64,000 nucleotides of DNA from an uncultured Actinomycetes bacterium (GTDB lineage Bacteria; Actinomycetota; Thermoleophilia; Solirubrobacterales; 70-9): assembly GCA_963755775.1 (NCBI GenBank), contig CAVWKY010000004.1, positions 42,483-106,482 of the forward strand, in the 5' to 3' direction. The notes below the pieces were generated by a model, which worked only from the letters and a program-made list of their open reading frames with translations, searched no databases and was not told the origin of the DNA. Position 1 is the first letter of the stretch; each line of letters begins with the position of its first letter. The translations under genes were made by a program, and so were the position numbers. Below are positions 1-9,643 of the stretch, one piece after another.

Positions 1-96
1 GACACGCACAAGGATCAGGCGTGAATGATACGCCCCGGCGCCCTTCGGCCAACGTGACTCAGGGACGTATGCCTGCGGGCCCGTGCTCGGACGCGG

Positions 97-977
97 CTAG
101 CGGGGGGTCGGGAACTGGGTTCGCATGAAGGCGTCCCAGGCGCGGTCGGAGAGCAGCCGCCGCTGCGCGAGGGCCAGGCGCGCCGACGGCGTCACCTTGT
201 AGCGGGTCTTCGGGCCGCCGCGAGGTGATCGCCCGCTCGATCGCCCGGGCGACGGTCTCCGGCCCTCCGCCGAGGCGCGCCAGCGGCCCCTCGTAGACCT
301 CCGCGGTCGCCGGTGCCGACGGCGGCGTTGAACTCCGCGTAGGGGTCGTCGCCCGCCGCGTCGGCGGCGTCGATCGAGCCCGCGGCGGTCTCGCCGAACC
401 GGGTCGTGATCAGCCCCGGCTCGATCACGACCACGTCGACGCCGAACCCGCGCACCTCGAAGCGCAGCGCGTCCGAGAGCGCCTCGACCGCGTGCTTGGT
501 CCCGTGGTAGGCGCCGCCGCCGGGAAAGGTGAGCCGGCCGCCCATCGAGCTGACGTTGACGATCCGTCCCCAGCGCCTGGCGGCGCATGCCCGGCAGGAC
601 GAGCTGGCACATGCGGACCAGCCCGAAGACGTTGGTCTCGAACTGGGCCCTGAGGCGGTCCAGCGGCAGCGTCTCGAGCGCGCCCGACTGGCTGTAGCCG
701 GCGTTGTTGACGAGCGCGCCCACGGCTCCCTCGGCCTCCTCGACCGCGGCCACCGCCGCCCGCATCGAGTCCTCGTCGGTGACGTCCAGGGCCAGCGTCT
801 TGCAGCCCCGCTCGGCGAGATCGGCGATCGACTCGGGCGGCGGGCGGTCGCGTAGACCGTCCAGCCGCGCGCCGCGAGGTGCTCGGCGGTGGCGTGCCCG
901 ATCCCGGAGGAGCATCCGGTGATCAGCACGGCCTTGCGAGGCCTCGGCCATGGACGGACTCTATCCTGCGCCGCCAT
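97..977 (-). pseudogene. short-chain dehydrogenase/reductase (classical SDR), reading frame broken at least three times
   Basis: KAVLITGCSSGIGHATAEHLAARGWTVYATARRP (TGxxxGIG cofactor motif) and IVNVSSMGG...GGGAYHGTKHAVEALSDALRFEV (S...YxxxK) lie in the frame of ORF 192..989. DVTDEDSMRAAVAAVEEAEGAVGALVNNAGY...FETNVFGLVRMCQLVLPGM and the C-terminal KTRYKVTPSARLALAQRRLLSDRAWDAFM lie in the frame of ORF 97..951. One SDR is readable only by switching A-B-A-B. The start is ATG 977, or ATG 951 with one more shift. Confidence 0.75.
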
Positions 978-2030
978 GCGAGCGGTCACCTTCCAGGCCC
1001 CCGGGCGAGGTCCGGGTCGAGGAGCGACCGGATCCGGAGCCCGCCGCCCCCGACGACGCGGTGGTTCGGGTCGAGGCGACGGGGATCTGCGGCTCCGACC
1101 TCCACATCTACCACGGCCGCGTCGCGATCGAGCCCGGCTTCGTGATCGGCCACGAGTACGTGGGGACCGTGGTCGCCGCCGGCGACGCGGTCAGCGAGGT
1201 CGCGGTCTCGGACCGGGTGCTCGGGCACCTACGCCACCGCCTGCGGCGGCTGCTTTCACTGCCGCCGCGCCGAGTACCACCAGTGCGACTCGGGCCGGGT
1301 CTTCGGCCACGGCGCCACGCTCGGCTCGCTACAGGGAGCGCAGGCGGAGCTTCTGCTCGTCCCGAACGCCAACCTGACCCTTCGCCGCGTTCCCGAGGGG
1401 CTCTCGGACGAGGTGGCGCTGTTCGCCGGCGACGTGGCGGGGACCGCCTACCACGCGATCTGCGGCGACGCGGCGAAGCCGGACCCGCTCGAGCCCGGGC
1501 GCCGCGGTCGCGGTGCTCGGCCTCGGCCCGGTGGGCCTGTGCGCGGTGCAGGTGGCGAGGGCGAGCGGCGCGTCGCTGGTGGTCGCGGTCGACTCGGTGG
1601 AGGAGCGGCTGCGGACGGCCGAGGCGCTCGGCGCCGTGGCGGTCCACCTGACCGAGGACGACCCGCGCGGCCGGGTGAAGGAGCTCACCGGCGGCGCGGG
1701 GCGTGGACCTGTCCGTCGACGCGGTCGGCCATCCCGAGGCGCTCGACCTCGCCTGCCGCCTGGCTCGGAAGGCCGGCACCGTCTCGGCCACCGGGGTCTA
1801 CGCCGAGCCCGCCGAGGTTCACATGGGCGTGGTCTGGATCAAGGGGCTTGCCTGGCGCACCGGCCAGGCCAACGTGATCGGCCACCTCGATCGGGTGCTG
1901 GCGATGCTGTCGGCCGGGCGTGCTCGATCCCAGCTCGCTCGTCACCCACCGGATGAGCCTCGACGAGGCCCCGGAGGCGTACGCGATCTACGATCGTCGC
2001 GAGGCGCTGAAGATCGTGCTGCGGCCCTGA
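976..2030 (+). pseudogene. zinc-type (MDR) alcohol dehydrogenase, five frame steps
   Basis: The protein is read in six successive pieces. MRAVTFQAPG (phase of ORF 889..1377). EVRVEERPDP...EATGICGSDLHIYHG...GHEYVGTVV (ORF 950..1651). TACGGCFHCRRAEYHQC...LFAGDVAGTAYHAI (phase of ORF 1413..1877). VLGLGPVGLCAVQVARASGA (ORF 1513..1956). VDLSVDAVGHPEAL...GVYAEP (ORF 1703..2074). LVTHRMSLDEAPEAYAIYDRREALKIVLRP with stop 2028-2030. Coordinate phase goes 1,2,0,1,2,0, so every step is in the same direction. Confidence 0.75.
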
Positions 2031-2105
2031 CAGCTATCGACCGGCGGCGCTGGCGAGGGGCCGACTGGGCATGACGGCGGAGGCGGCGGGCCCGACCGAC
2101 GCCAA

Positions 2106-2197
2106 CTCCAGTTGTCGCAGACAATTGTCGTGATAACTGTCGTCCGTCAGCGACTGATGGAGACGCAAGTTGTCAGACAATCGTCGGACAACTGGAG
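2106..2197. repeat. 92-bp imperfect palindrome (long hairpin) with 11-bp perfect termini
   Basis: CTCCAGTTGTC (2106-2116) is the exact reverse complement of GACAACTGGAG (2187-2197). Inside, GACAATTGTC (2120-2129) pairs with GACAATCGTC (2176-2185) at 9 of 10 positions, and TGATAACT (2131-2138) pairs with AGTTGTCA (2168-2175). TTGTC/GACAA half-sites recur several times. It is locally AT-richer and lies between the convergent ends of the ADH pseudogene and the 2262..2510 gene. Confidence 0.6.
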
Positions 2198-2261
2198 AGG
2201 CGTCGGTCGGACCTCCGCGCCCCGCCGATTCGGGCTGTTCCCAGTGGCAGCGACCTCGACG

Positions 2262-2510
2262 CTAGATGTCCGGGTCGAACGGGAAGGCGAGCTGGACGTG
2301 GGTGCGGGCGACGGCGATGAACGAGCGGGTCTCCGGCGAGCCGCCGTCCAGGGGGGTCAGCTCCGCGTTGACCAGGGGGATGAAGTCCAGGTCGCCGCCG
2401 TTCAGGTAGTCGGAGAGGCGGCTGCGGTAGCCCTCCCGCGGCAGCGTCAGGTCGCCGACGATCCGGTGGCGGTCGGTCTCCAGCACCACGCGTTCGATCC
2501 GGGTCTCCAT
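2262..2510 (-). CDS. hypothetical small protein (82 aa)
   Basis: This is the internal ATG of ORF 2262..2654 (METRIERVVLETDRHRIVGDLTLP...). The upstream part of the ORF looks like non-coding Pro/Arg-rich read-through. I recognise no family. Confidence 0.4.
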   Translation of the reverse strand: METRIERVVLETDRHRIVGDLTLPREGYRSRLSDYLNGGDLDFIPLVNAELTPLDGGSPETRSFIAVARTHVQLAFPFDPDI

Positions 2511-2762
2511 ACGCTCAACATATCGGCCATTGCCCGACCTTGAGGCCGGGAAGCGCTTGGGGCCGGACAGCGCGCCCCTCGTAACGGGTGCGAGCGCATC
2601 GTGTGGGGGCGGATCGACCGGGGGGTGGCGAGCATCGAGGTCGTTTGACCACAAACGTGCGGCACGGTCGCCTGGCGCTGTGCCACATGAGCATCAGAGG
2701 CGCCAAGTCCTGCCAGACCGCACTCCTTGACCTCGGGGCGAGGGTGCCCCGCCGCCGCGGGC

Positions 2763-5507
2763 CTATCTGTGGCCCTGGATCTGGACCGCCTGCTGGAAGG
2801 TCGGGCGGTTGACCCAGGGGATCAGCGGCTGGGTGATCCCGCCGACCGCGCTGAAGCCGATCTTGTCGTGCTCGACCTGGGTCTGGCCGCCGTAGAGCTC
2901 GCGCGTTCGAGAGGTGCTGAGCGCGGCGCTGAGCGAGTTGAGCAGCGCGCTGCGGCAGGCGCTGACGCTGCCCTGCCCGCAGTAGACGCGCGAGTAGGGG
3001 CCCCGGACGCTCGCGCCCAGCAGGTCGCGGAGGTCCTTGTGCACGTAGCCGTACGAGCTGCTGTTGAAGGCGGAGCCGAGCCGCCCCGGGGCGTCGTGGC
3101 CAAACGGGGTCTGGTTGAACAGCGCCTGCGCCCAGCGTCGGCTTGAACTGGGCCTCGAGCAGGCGCGGCCACCAAGCGTCCATGATCCGGATCGCCCGGC
3201 GCCGTGCTCGTAGACCCCGTCCTTGTTGCGGTCGATGCGGTGGGCGCCGGCGGCGTCGCCAGGCCTTGAAGCTTCTGGAGCGCCTGCCTCCGGGCGGGGT
3301 CGGCGACCGGCTGCGTGTCGATCACCTTCAGGATCCAGGGCAGCACGCGGTCGCCGCGCAGGTCGACCGTCCCGGCATCCTCCATGTCGCTGATCAGCTG
3401 CTCGAGGGTGATCTTCTTGGTGCCGGCGATGTCGCGCCTGATGCGGTCGTCGAGCGGCTGCGACCGGTAGAGCGAGGAGTAGCCGGTGTTGTAGTCCGGC
3501 GCCTGGCGGTTGTTCCAGCTCGTGAGGAAGGCCTGGTCGACGACGCGGGGGTGCGCGCCCAGCGGCTCGATGTCCGCCGTGGCGTGTCCGGGTTGAAGTT
3601 CTGCCACAGGAACGGATCCCTGCCGAACGTCGGAAGGTTCGGGTCGACGTTGCTCGGCCGGACGGGGTTGGCGCCCGAGTTGAAGTAGGCGATGTGCTTG
3701 TCGTCGACGTAGAACCAGTTGAACGTGTAGGAGATGCGGTTCGCCGCCTGCATGAAGTCCTGGGGCGTCCGCATCTTGTTCGGGTTGTTGAAGTCGGCGA
3801 AGCCGAGCGCGGACGGGATCGACCTCGTGGAAGTAGGTGAAGCGGAGCTTCGTGTAGGCGTGCGGCTCGCCGTTGATCATCGCGCGGGCGATCACGACCC
3901 CCAGCTTGGTGCGCAGGGTGGTCAGCGTGTGGGAGCCCGCCGGGGTCTGGTCGGCAGGGGTGGGGACCCAGGAGTTGGTGCGCGTCAGGACGTCGAACGG
4001 CAGGCACTGCCCCGGAACAGGTAGTGGTCGGAGTTGATCGTCGGCGTGCCGCCGCCCGGCTCGCAGAGCTTGACCGCGTAGGTGTCGATGATGTCCTGCC
4101 CGGCCGAGGTGGCGCTCCAGGCGTAGTCGCGCCCCCGGCCAAGCTGCACGTAGAGGTTGGTGCCCGGGAAGGCCGCGCCCCGGGCGTCGATCGGCGGGCC
4201 CTGGCCGGTTGCCGGCGCGTGGATGTCCTGCTCCATCAGGATCTCCGGCGACCAGTAGCCGACCTGCGGGCCCATGACGGCGACGGGACGGCCGCTCTTC
4301 GACTCGCCGCGCCGAGACGAGCAGCGCGTTGGATGCATCGTCTCTGCTCGCTGGAGCGGCTCGAGCATCCCGGCCGGGAGCTCGCCCCCGGACTCGGCGC
4401 GCGGAGGCCTCGGCGCTCCCGCTCGCGGACTGGAACGACGTCGCCGAACTGCACGCGTGCCCGGGTCGGGCAGGGCGACCCCGCCGGCGGGCTGGCCGGC
4501 GGCTGGCCGTACGGGAAGCTCCTGCCCTGGACGGTCGTCGGCGCCTCTGGGTCGTTGAACGCCTGGAAGTCGGCCCAGACCCTCTTGCCCTGGCCGGCGC
4601 CGAACCGCTGCCTGCGCCGCCTGGAGGGCCAGCGCCGCGCCGAGCTCGCCGCCTCCGCCCTTGCCGAAGATCCCGGCGACCAGCGAGGCGATCGCGATCA
4701 CGTCGGCGACCTTCCACTCGTGGCCGGGCAGGCAGATGCTCTGGGAGGGGTCGATCAACCCGTACTCGCCCGGGCAGCTTCGCCGGGTTGGCGCAGGCCT
4801 CGTTGATGAACTTGTTGACGCCGGCGACGTAGTTGGTGACGTCGCTCTGGATCATCACGCCCTGCTGCCCGTAGAGCTCGTCGGCGCGGTCGTACTGGAG
4901 CTGGAGCTCCGACTCGTTGTAGGGCGTGTCCGCCCAGATCGACGCGTCCATGGCGGCGTTGGAGCCGCCGGCGAACGACGAGAGCTGCGCCCGGGCGGCG
5001 TGGCGGAGCGCGTCGATCATGAACAGGCGGTCCTCGGCGGCGACGTAGCCGGACCCGAACATCGTTCCCCGGCGGCTCGCGCCGTAGATGTGGGGAACGC
5101 CGAAGCCTGTCGCGCTGGATCGTCACGTCGGCACGCGGGCTGTAGGTCCGTTCGACGTTGGCCGGCGTGACCCCGAAGCTCGCGTCCTTGAAGTAGTTGG
5201 TGATCTGCGCGGCGGTCAGGCCGGGCGTCGCGTAGATGCAGGTCCCTGTACATCGTCGAGCTGGCGGTCGCTGGTGTGCGGCGGGTAGGTGCCGTTGGCC
5301 TGGAAGGCGGCGATCTGCGACGCGTTCGCGTTCTTGCCCTGTGCCGGCGGCAAGACGTTGCGAAAGCCGCGGAAGTCGTTATGCCTGTACGGAGACGGAG
5401 TGGGAGCAGCGCTCGCCGCGGCCGCCGACATCGCGAGCAGGGCCCCGATAGCGATGACGATCGTGCTGAGACGCCTGAAGACCCCGAAAATCAGACTTCC
5501 TCCTCAT
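2763..5507 (-). pseudogene. penicillin acylase / penicillin amidase family (Ntn hydrolase), many frame switches
   Basis: Pieces of one acylase lie in different minus-strand frames. They include MRRKSDF then VFRRLSTIVIAIGALLAMSAAAASA (signal peptide); FGSGYVAAEDRLFMIDALRHAARAQLSSFAGG and SNALLVS (ORF 2822..5062); MGPQVGYWSPEILMEQDIHAP...NLYVQLGRGRDYAWSATSAGQDIIDTY (ORF 3985..4758); ISYTFNWFYVDDKHIAYFNSGANP (ORF 3394..3774); and the C-terminal LIPWVNRPTFQQAVQIQGHR (ORF 2763..4142). Confidence 0.75.
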
Positions 5508-5700
5508 CAGCCTGGGGGTTGACCACCGGTTTTCCGGTGGATCAGCTCGGCTCACGCGGAGCATATACCGACCCGGGCGGTGGGGCGACGGTAACGGAGG
5601 GGGCGAGGAGAGACAGAGCGCCTGGCTCGGAAGCGCCCCTGTTCCCCCGGGCGGAAATCGCATAGGTTTCGCCTGCCAGGCGGACGAACGAAGGAGTGCC

Positions 5701-6561
5701 ATGGAGCCGAAGCACATTGACCCGGTCGAGTTCCGCGACGGCCAGCGCAAGCAATGGAATCAGGCCGCCACGGGCTGGCGCAAGTGGTCGGACTTGATCG
5801 ACCGGTCGGCGAGAGTCGTCAGCGAGCGCCTGGTCGAGATGGCCGAAGTCGGGCCCGGAAGCCGCGTGCTCGACGTAGCCGCTGGGTACGGCGAGCCGTC
5901 ACTCACCGCGGCTCGCGCCGCGGCCCCGGACGGCACCGTGGTGTCCACCGACATCTCCGCCGAGATGCTGGCCTACGGGCGCGAGCGTGCCGCGAACGCG
6001 GGCATCGACAACATCGAGTTCGTGGAGTCCGATGCGGCCGGCCTGGACTTTCCCGAGCAGAGCTTCGACGCGGCGTTGTCGCGCTTCGGGATCATCTTCG
6101 ACCCCGACGGCGAGGGCTCCGCGGGTGTAGTTCGTCGCCTCCTGAAGCCCGGCGGGCGGATGGCGATCGGTTCGTGGGGCCAGCCCGAGCAGGTGCCGTT
6201 CATAGCGATCCCGATGGGGGTTGCGATGCAGCGCCTCAACGTTCCGCCGCCGCCGCCCGGAACCCCTGGGCCGCTTTCCCGCCCCACTCCCGAGGCCCTC
6301 GGTGGCCTGCTGGGGGGCGGCGGGTTCTCGGAGGTGAAGGTGGAGGACGTCGAGGTCACCTTCGAGTGGGAGTCCCCCGAGGAGTTCACGACCTTCGTCC
6401 GGGAGATTGCCCCCCCGATCCGGGCGATCATCGACCCCCACCCCGAGGAGGTTCAGGACGAGACCTGGCAGGCGATCACGGATGCCATCCGGCAACAGGC
6501 GGCCGATGATGGGAGCGTGAAGCTCACGAATCTCGTCCTCATGGCAGTTGGTCGGGCTTAG
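5701..6561 (+). CDS. class I SAM-dependent methyltransferase
   Basis: Intact 286-aa ORF. It has motif I (RVLDVAAGYGEPS) and the post-I/II pattern (DISAEML...FVESDAAGLDFPEQSFDAALSRFG). AAGGAG lies just upstream of the ATG. Confidence 0.8.
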   Translation: MEPKHIDPVEFRDGQRKQWNQAATGWRKWSDLIDRSARVVSERLVEMAEVGPGSRVLDVAAGYGEPSLTAARAAAPDGTVVSTDISAEMLAYGRERAANAGIDNIEFVESDAAGLDFPEQSFDAALSRFGIIFDPDGEGSAGVVRRLLKPGGRMAIGSWGQPEQVPFIAIPMGVAMQRLNVPPPPPGTPGPLSRPTPEALGGLLGGGGFSEVKVEDVEVTFEWESPEEFTTFVREIAPPIRAIIDPHPEEVQDETWQAITDAIRQQAADDGSVKLTNLVLMAVGRA

Positions 6562-6593
6562 GTAGCGCAGGGGGAGAGCGCTCCAGCACGGCG

Positions 6594-7424
6594 ATGAAGT
6601 ACGGGATCGCCGTTTTCGCGACCGAGGACTCGGTCGATCCCGGCACCCTGGCGCGGATGGTCGAGGAGCGCGGGTTCGAGTCGCTGTTCTTGACCGAGCA
6701 CACCCACATCCCGGCGTCGCGCAGGACTCCGTATCCCGCGGGCGGGGAGTTGCCACCCGAGTACAGCCGCACGTATGACCCCTTTGTCGCGCTGACGGTC
6801 GCCGCCTGCGAGACCGAGAAGCTCCTCCTGGCGACCGGCATCTGCCTGGTGGTCCAGCGGGACCCAATCATCACCGCGAAGGAGGTCGCATCGGTGGATC
6901 GGCTCTCGGGGGGACGGTTCCTGTTCGGCGTCGGGGCAGGCTGGAACGTCGAGGAGATGGAGACCCACGGCACCGACCCGCGGCGCCGCTTCTCACTGAT
7001 GCGGGAGCGAATTGAGGCCATGAAGGCGATCTGGACTCAGGACGAGGCGTCCTACCACGGCGACCAGGTCGAGTTCGATCGCATTTGGTGCTGGCCCAAG
7101 CCGCTCCAGGACCCCCACCCGCCGGTCCTGGTGGGCGGCAACGGCGACCGAGTGCTGGATCGGGTGGTCGCCTTCGGCGACGAGTGGATGCCGAATCGCG
7201 TCTCCGGATTGCGGGACCGGATCGCGAAGCTCCAAGAGCTGGCGGCCGAAGCCGGACGCGATCCCATCCCAGTGACGCTCTCGGGCGCGAAGCCGGACCT
7301 CGACCTGATCGCGAGGGGCGAGGAGGCCGGCGTTCACCGCTGCGCCTTTTACATCCCGACCGCGGATGCGGGTGCGACCGAGCGCCACCTCGACCAGCTC
7401 GGCTTGGCGCTGGAGCTGTCCTAG
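6594..7424 (+). CDS. LLM-class (luciferase-like) F420-dependent oxidoreductase
   Basis: Intact 276-aa ORF. MKYGIAVFATEDSVDP...GFESLFLTEHTHIP...GICLVVQRDPIITAKEVASVDRLSGGRFLFGVGAGWNVEEME is typical of the Rv2161c-type LLM family. Confidence 0.8.
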   Translation: MKYGIAVFATEDSVDPGTLARMVEERGFESLFLTEHTHIPASRRTPYPAGGELPPEYSRTYDPFVALTVAACETEKLLLATGICLVVQRDPIITAKEVASVDRLSGGRFLFGVGAGWNVEEMETHGTDPRRRFSLMRERIEAMKAIWTQDEASYHGDQVEFDRIWCWPKPLQDPHPPVLVGGNGDRVLDRVVAFGDEWMPNRVSGLRDRIAKLQELAAEAGRDPIPVTLSGAKPDLDLIARGEEAGVHRCAFYIPTADAGATERHLDQLGLALELS

Positions 7425-8845
7425 AGCGGTGAACGGAGCGGGCTAGCCGCGGAGCGCTGCGGGCTCGCTATGCGTCGCCCCGCGGCGGCCCCGCGACGGC
7501 CCGGATGCCTGGCGATCGCCGGCTCGCGGCGGGGAGTGGGGCGTGAGGAGGGTGGGTTGTCGGCCGCCGGTGAGATGAGCCCGGACGGGGCGGCATCCGC
7601 AGGCCGCGGAGTCGTATCTGCCGGCGGAGAGGGGGTGGGCGGAACATCCACCGGGGCGGTGTTCACCGGTGCGGGTGGGGGAGTCGTCTGCACGGGGGCC
7701 GGCCCGTTGCCCACGGGGGAGGGGGGGTGAGGAGGATCGACCGGTGGCGGGGAGATGTCGGCCGGACGCCTTGGAGACAGGCCGGCTGGATCGGGTGTTC
7801 GCGGGACCTCCACTGCAGGCGGCGTGAGATCGGCCGGAGGCGTCGGAAGGTCGGCTGCCGGAGGAGTCACGTCGATAGGCCGGCTCGGCGGTGCGATGGG
7901 TCCGACGTCAACCGGCGGAGCCAGGGGGGAGAGGTCGATCGGGCCGACGTCGACCGGCGGTGGAGCGACCGGTGGCGGGTCGATCGGGCCGACGTCGATC
8001 GGCGGCGGTGAGACCGGTGGGGGATCGATGGGGCCGACGTCGATGGGAGGCGGAGCGACCGGTGGCGGGTCGATCGGGCCGACGTCGATCGGGGGCGGAG
8101 CGACCGGTGGCGGGTCGATCGGGCCGACGTCGATCGGCGGTGGTGAGACCGGCGGGGGATCGATGGGATTGACGTCGATGGGGGGCGGAGCGACCGGTGG
8201 CGGGTCGATCGGGCCGACGTCGATCGGCGGCGGTGAGACCGGCGGGGGATCGATGGGATTGACGTCGATGGGGGGCGGAGCGACCGGTGGCGGGTCGATC
8301 GGGCCGACGTCGATCGGCGGTGGTGAGACCGGCGGGGGATCGATGGGATTGACGTCGATGGGGGGCGGAGCGACAGGCGGAGGCGCAACGCCCGCCGGTG
8401 GCGGCGAGACGGGAGGCGGACTCGTGGGAGCAACACCAGGTGGCGCTGGGGCCATCCCGGGCGCCCCTGGGCCGGACGGGCCGGACGCGGTGCCGAACGG
8501 GACCTCCGATGGCCCGCCGCCGGGCACCGCATTACCGCTCGCGGTCGCGGCTTCGCCGGACTCCGACGGGCCCTTCGCCACCGCGGCGGGTGCCTGACGT
8601 AGCGCGGCGGCCGCGCTGGCCGGAGCGGTGGAACCGCTCGATCCCAAGTAGGCGACGGACGCGTCGCCGCTCGACCCTCCGAACGGGAGCCCCGTGAAAG
8701 CGACGAACGTGGCGAGCGCGAGGAAGATGATCAAGGTGCCGCTGGTCAGCGCCGTCGTCGCCCCGGCCCCCGCCAGGTAGGCGCGCAGGTGGGCTCGAGG
8801 ACGGGCGACGCCCGGCGTCGAGGCGGTGTGGGCAAGGCTCGTCAT
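7421..8845 (-). CDS. membrane-anchored proline-rich repeat protein
   Basis: ORF 7421..8881. The likely start is ATG 8845 (MTSLAHTAS...). One TM segment (LTSGTLIIFLALATFVAFTGL) is followed by a long extracytoplasmic Pro-rich region with about ten 15-aa units, PPPV[AS]PPPIDV[GN]PID. Confidence 0.65.
   Translation of the reverse strand: MTSLAHTASTPGVARPRAHLRAYLAGAGATTALTSGTLIIFLALATFVAFTGLPFGGSSGDASVAYLGSSGSTAPASAAAALRQAPAAVAKGPSESGEAATASGNAVPGGGPSEVPFGTASGPSGPGAPGMAPAPPGVAPTSPPPVSPPPAGVAPPPVAPPPIDVNPIDPPPVSPPPIDVGPIDPPPVAPPPIDVNPIDPPPVSPPPIDVGPIDPPPVAPPPIDVNPIDPPPVSPPPIDVGPIDPPPVAPPPIDVGPIDPPPVAPPPIDVGPIDPPPVSPPPIDVGPIDPPPVAPPPVDVGPIDLSPLAPPVDVGPIAPPSRPIDVTPPAADLPTPPADLTPPAVEVPRTPDPAGLSPRRPADISPPPVDPPHPPSPVGNGPAPVQTTPPPAPVNTAPVDVPPTPSPPADTTPRPADAAPSGLISPAADNPPSSRPTPRREPAIARHPGRRGAAAGRRIASPQRSAASPLRSPL
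7934..8375. repeat. tandem 45-bp (15-codon) coding repeat, about 10 copies, with a 90-bp higher-order unit
   Basis: Units 8101-8190 and 8281-8370 are identical, and 8191-8280 differs from them at one base. Flanking copies are progressively more diverged. Confidence 0.9.
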
Positions 8846-9022
8846 CGACCGGGTCGAATTACCCAGGCAGGCGGCCTTCAAACGCTCCCGCCGGCCCTTA
8901 CCGAGAAGTCCTTAGCCAATCCGAGGGTGTCCTCGGTTTCTTGCGCGGATTGGGTTACCCAGGATCTGGGTGCCGCGTCGATACCGCAGCGCACTCGTGG
9001 AGAGGGCAAGAGCCTCTGTCGC

Positions 9023-9254
9023 TCAGACTTCTCCGCTGTCCTCGTCTCGCTCGGTCGAGGAGATGTGGACGGGCTCACCGTACGCGGCCTGCGGGTCGTC
9101 GGGCTCCGGCTCTCCAGCGAGCTCTCGGGGATCCGGGGCGTCCGCACCGTGGGTGGCGTTCTCGATCAGCTCGCGCTCGCTCTCCTCGAACCCCTCCGCG
9201 GTACGGCGTACGGGCGATCGGCGGAGGCAAACGGGACTGTCCCCGGCCTAACAT
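9023..9254 (-). pseudogene. possible remnant of a small acidic protein gene (no usable start codon in frame)
   Basis: A minus-strand frame reads ...AEGFEESERELIENATHGADAPDPRELAGEPEPDDPQAAYGEPVHISSTERDEDSGEV with a stop at 9023-9025. That frame has no ATG, GTG or TTG. The only ATG (9254-9252) is in another frame. Confidence 0.25.
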
Positions 9255-9582
9255 GGACGAGGTTCACGAAGTGGCCTCCTGCGCTCATCTCGATCACGTC
9301 CACGTCAAGCGACTCCCGGACTCCGTGGAGGGCTGCGAGGATTGCCTCGCCACCGGCGACTCATGGGTGCACCTGCGTATCTGCCTGGAGTGCGGCAAGG
9401 TCGGCTGTTGCGACACCTCGCCGAACCGCCATGCCAGCGCCCATGCCCACAGCAGCGGCCACCCGCTCATCCGCTCGCTTCAGCCCGGGGAGGAATGGTG
9501 CTGGTGCTTCGTCGACGAGCAGGCGCTCCTGATTCCGGCGGTCAAGGGCGAAACGCGGATCCCGCCATCGCCTTTGGACTGA
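9253..9582 (+). CDS. UBP-type zinc-finger domain protein (109 aa)
   Basis: This is the internal ATG of ORF 8941..9582. CAHLDHV...CEDCLATGDSWVHLRICLECGKVGCCDTSPNRHASAHAHSSGHPLIRS...WCWCF has the Cys/His spacing of zf-UBP proteins. Confidence 0.7.
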   Translation: MDEVHEVASCAHLDHVHVKRLPDSVEGCEDCLATGDSWVHLRICLECGKVGCCDTSPNRHASAHAHSSGHPLIRSLQPGEEWCWCFVDEQALLIPAVKGETRIPPSPLD

Positions 9583-9643
9583 GGCGACCCAGCGCGCGCC
9601 GGTCCACGTGCGCGCTACCGCCTTTCGGCCAAACTCTCTGTGG

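Noticed and set aside
5523-5540. CCACCGG-TTTT-CCGGTGG perfect hairpin as a terminator
   Set aside because: It lies between two divergently transcribed genes, so there is nothing upstream to terminate. It may be an operator or leader structure, but I have no supporting evidence.
7934-8375. Possible CRISPR array because of regular short repeats
   Set aside because: The units are directly abutting 45-bp coding repeats with no unique spacers. No cas genes are present.
7755-8597. Gly-rich 280-aa plus-strand ORF (GGGATGGGSIGPTS repeats)
   Set aside because: It is the mirror image of the Pro-rich repeats and is confined to the repeat region. The minus-strand ORF is longer and has a start region and a TM anchor. 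The plus strand cannot be excluded without expression data.
8941-9582. Full 213-aa ORF as the zf-UBP gene
   Set aside because: The upstream 100 residues are Arg/Pro-rich read-through of intergenic DNA. The Cys/His domain starts at internal ATG 9253.
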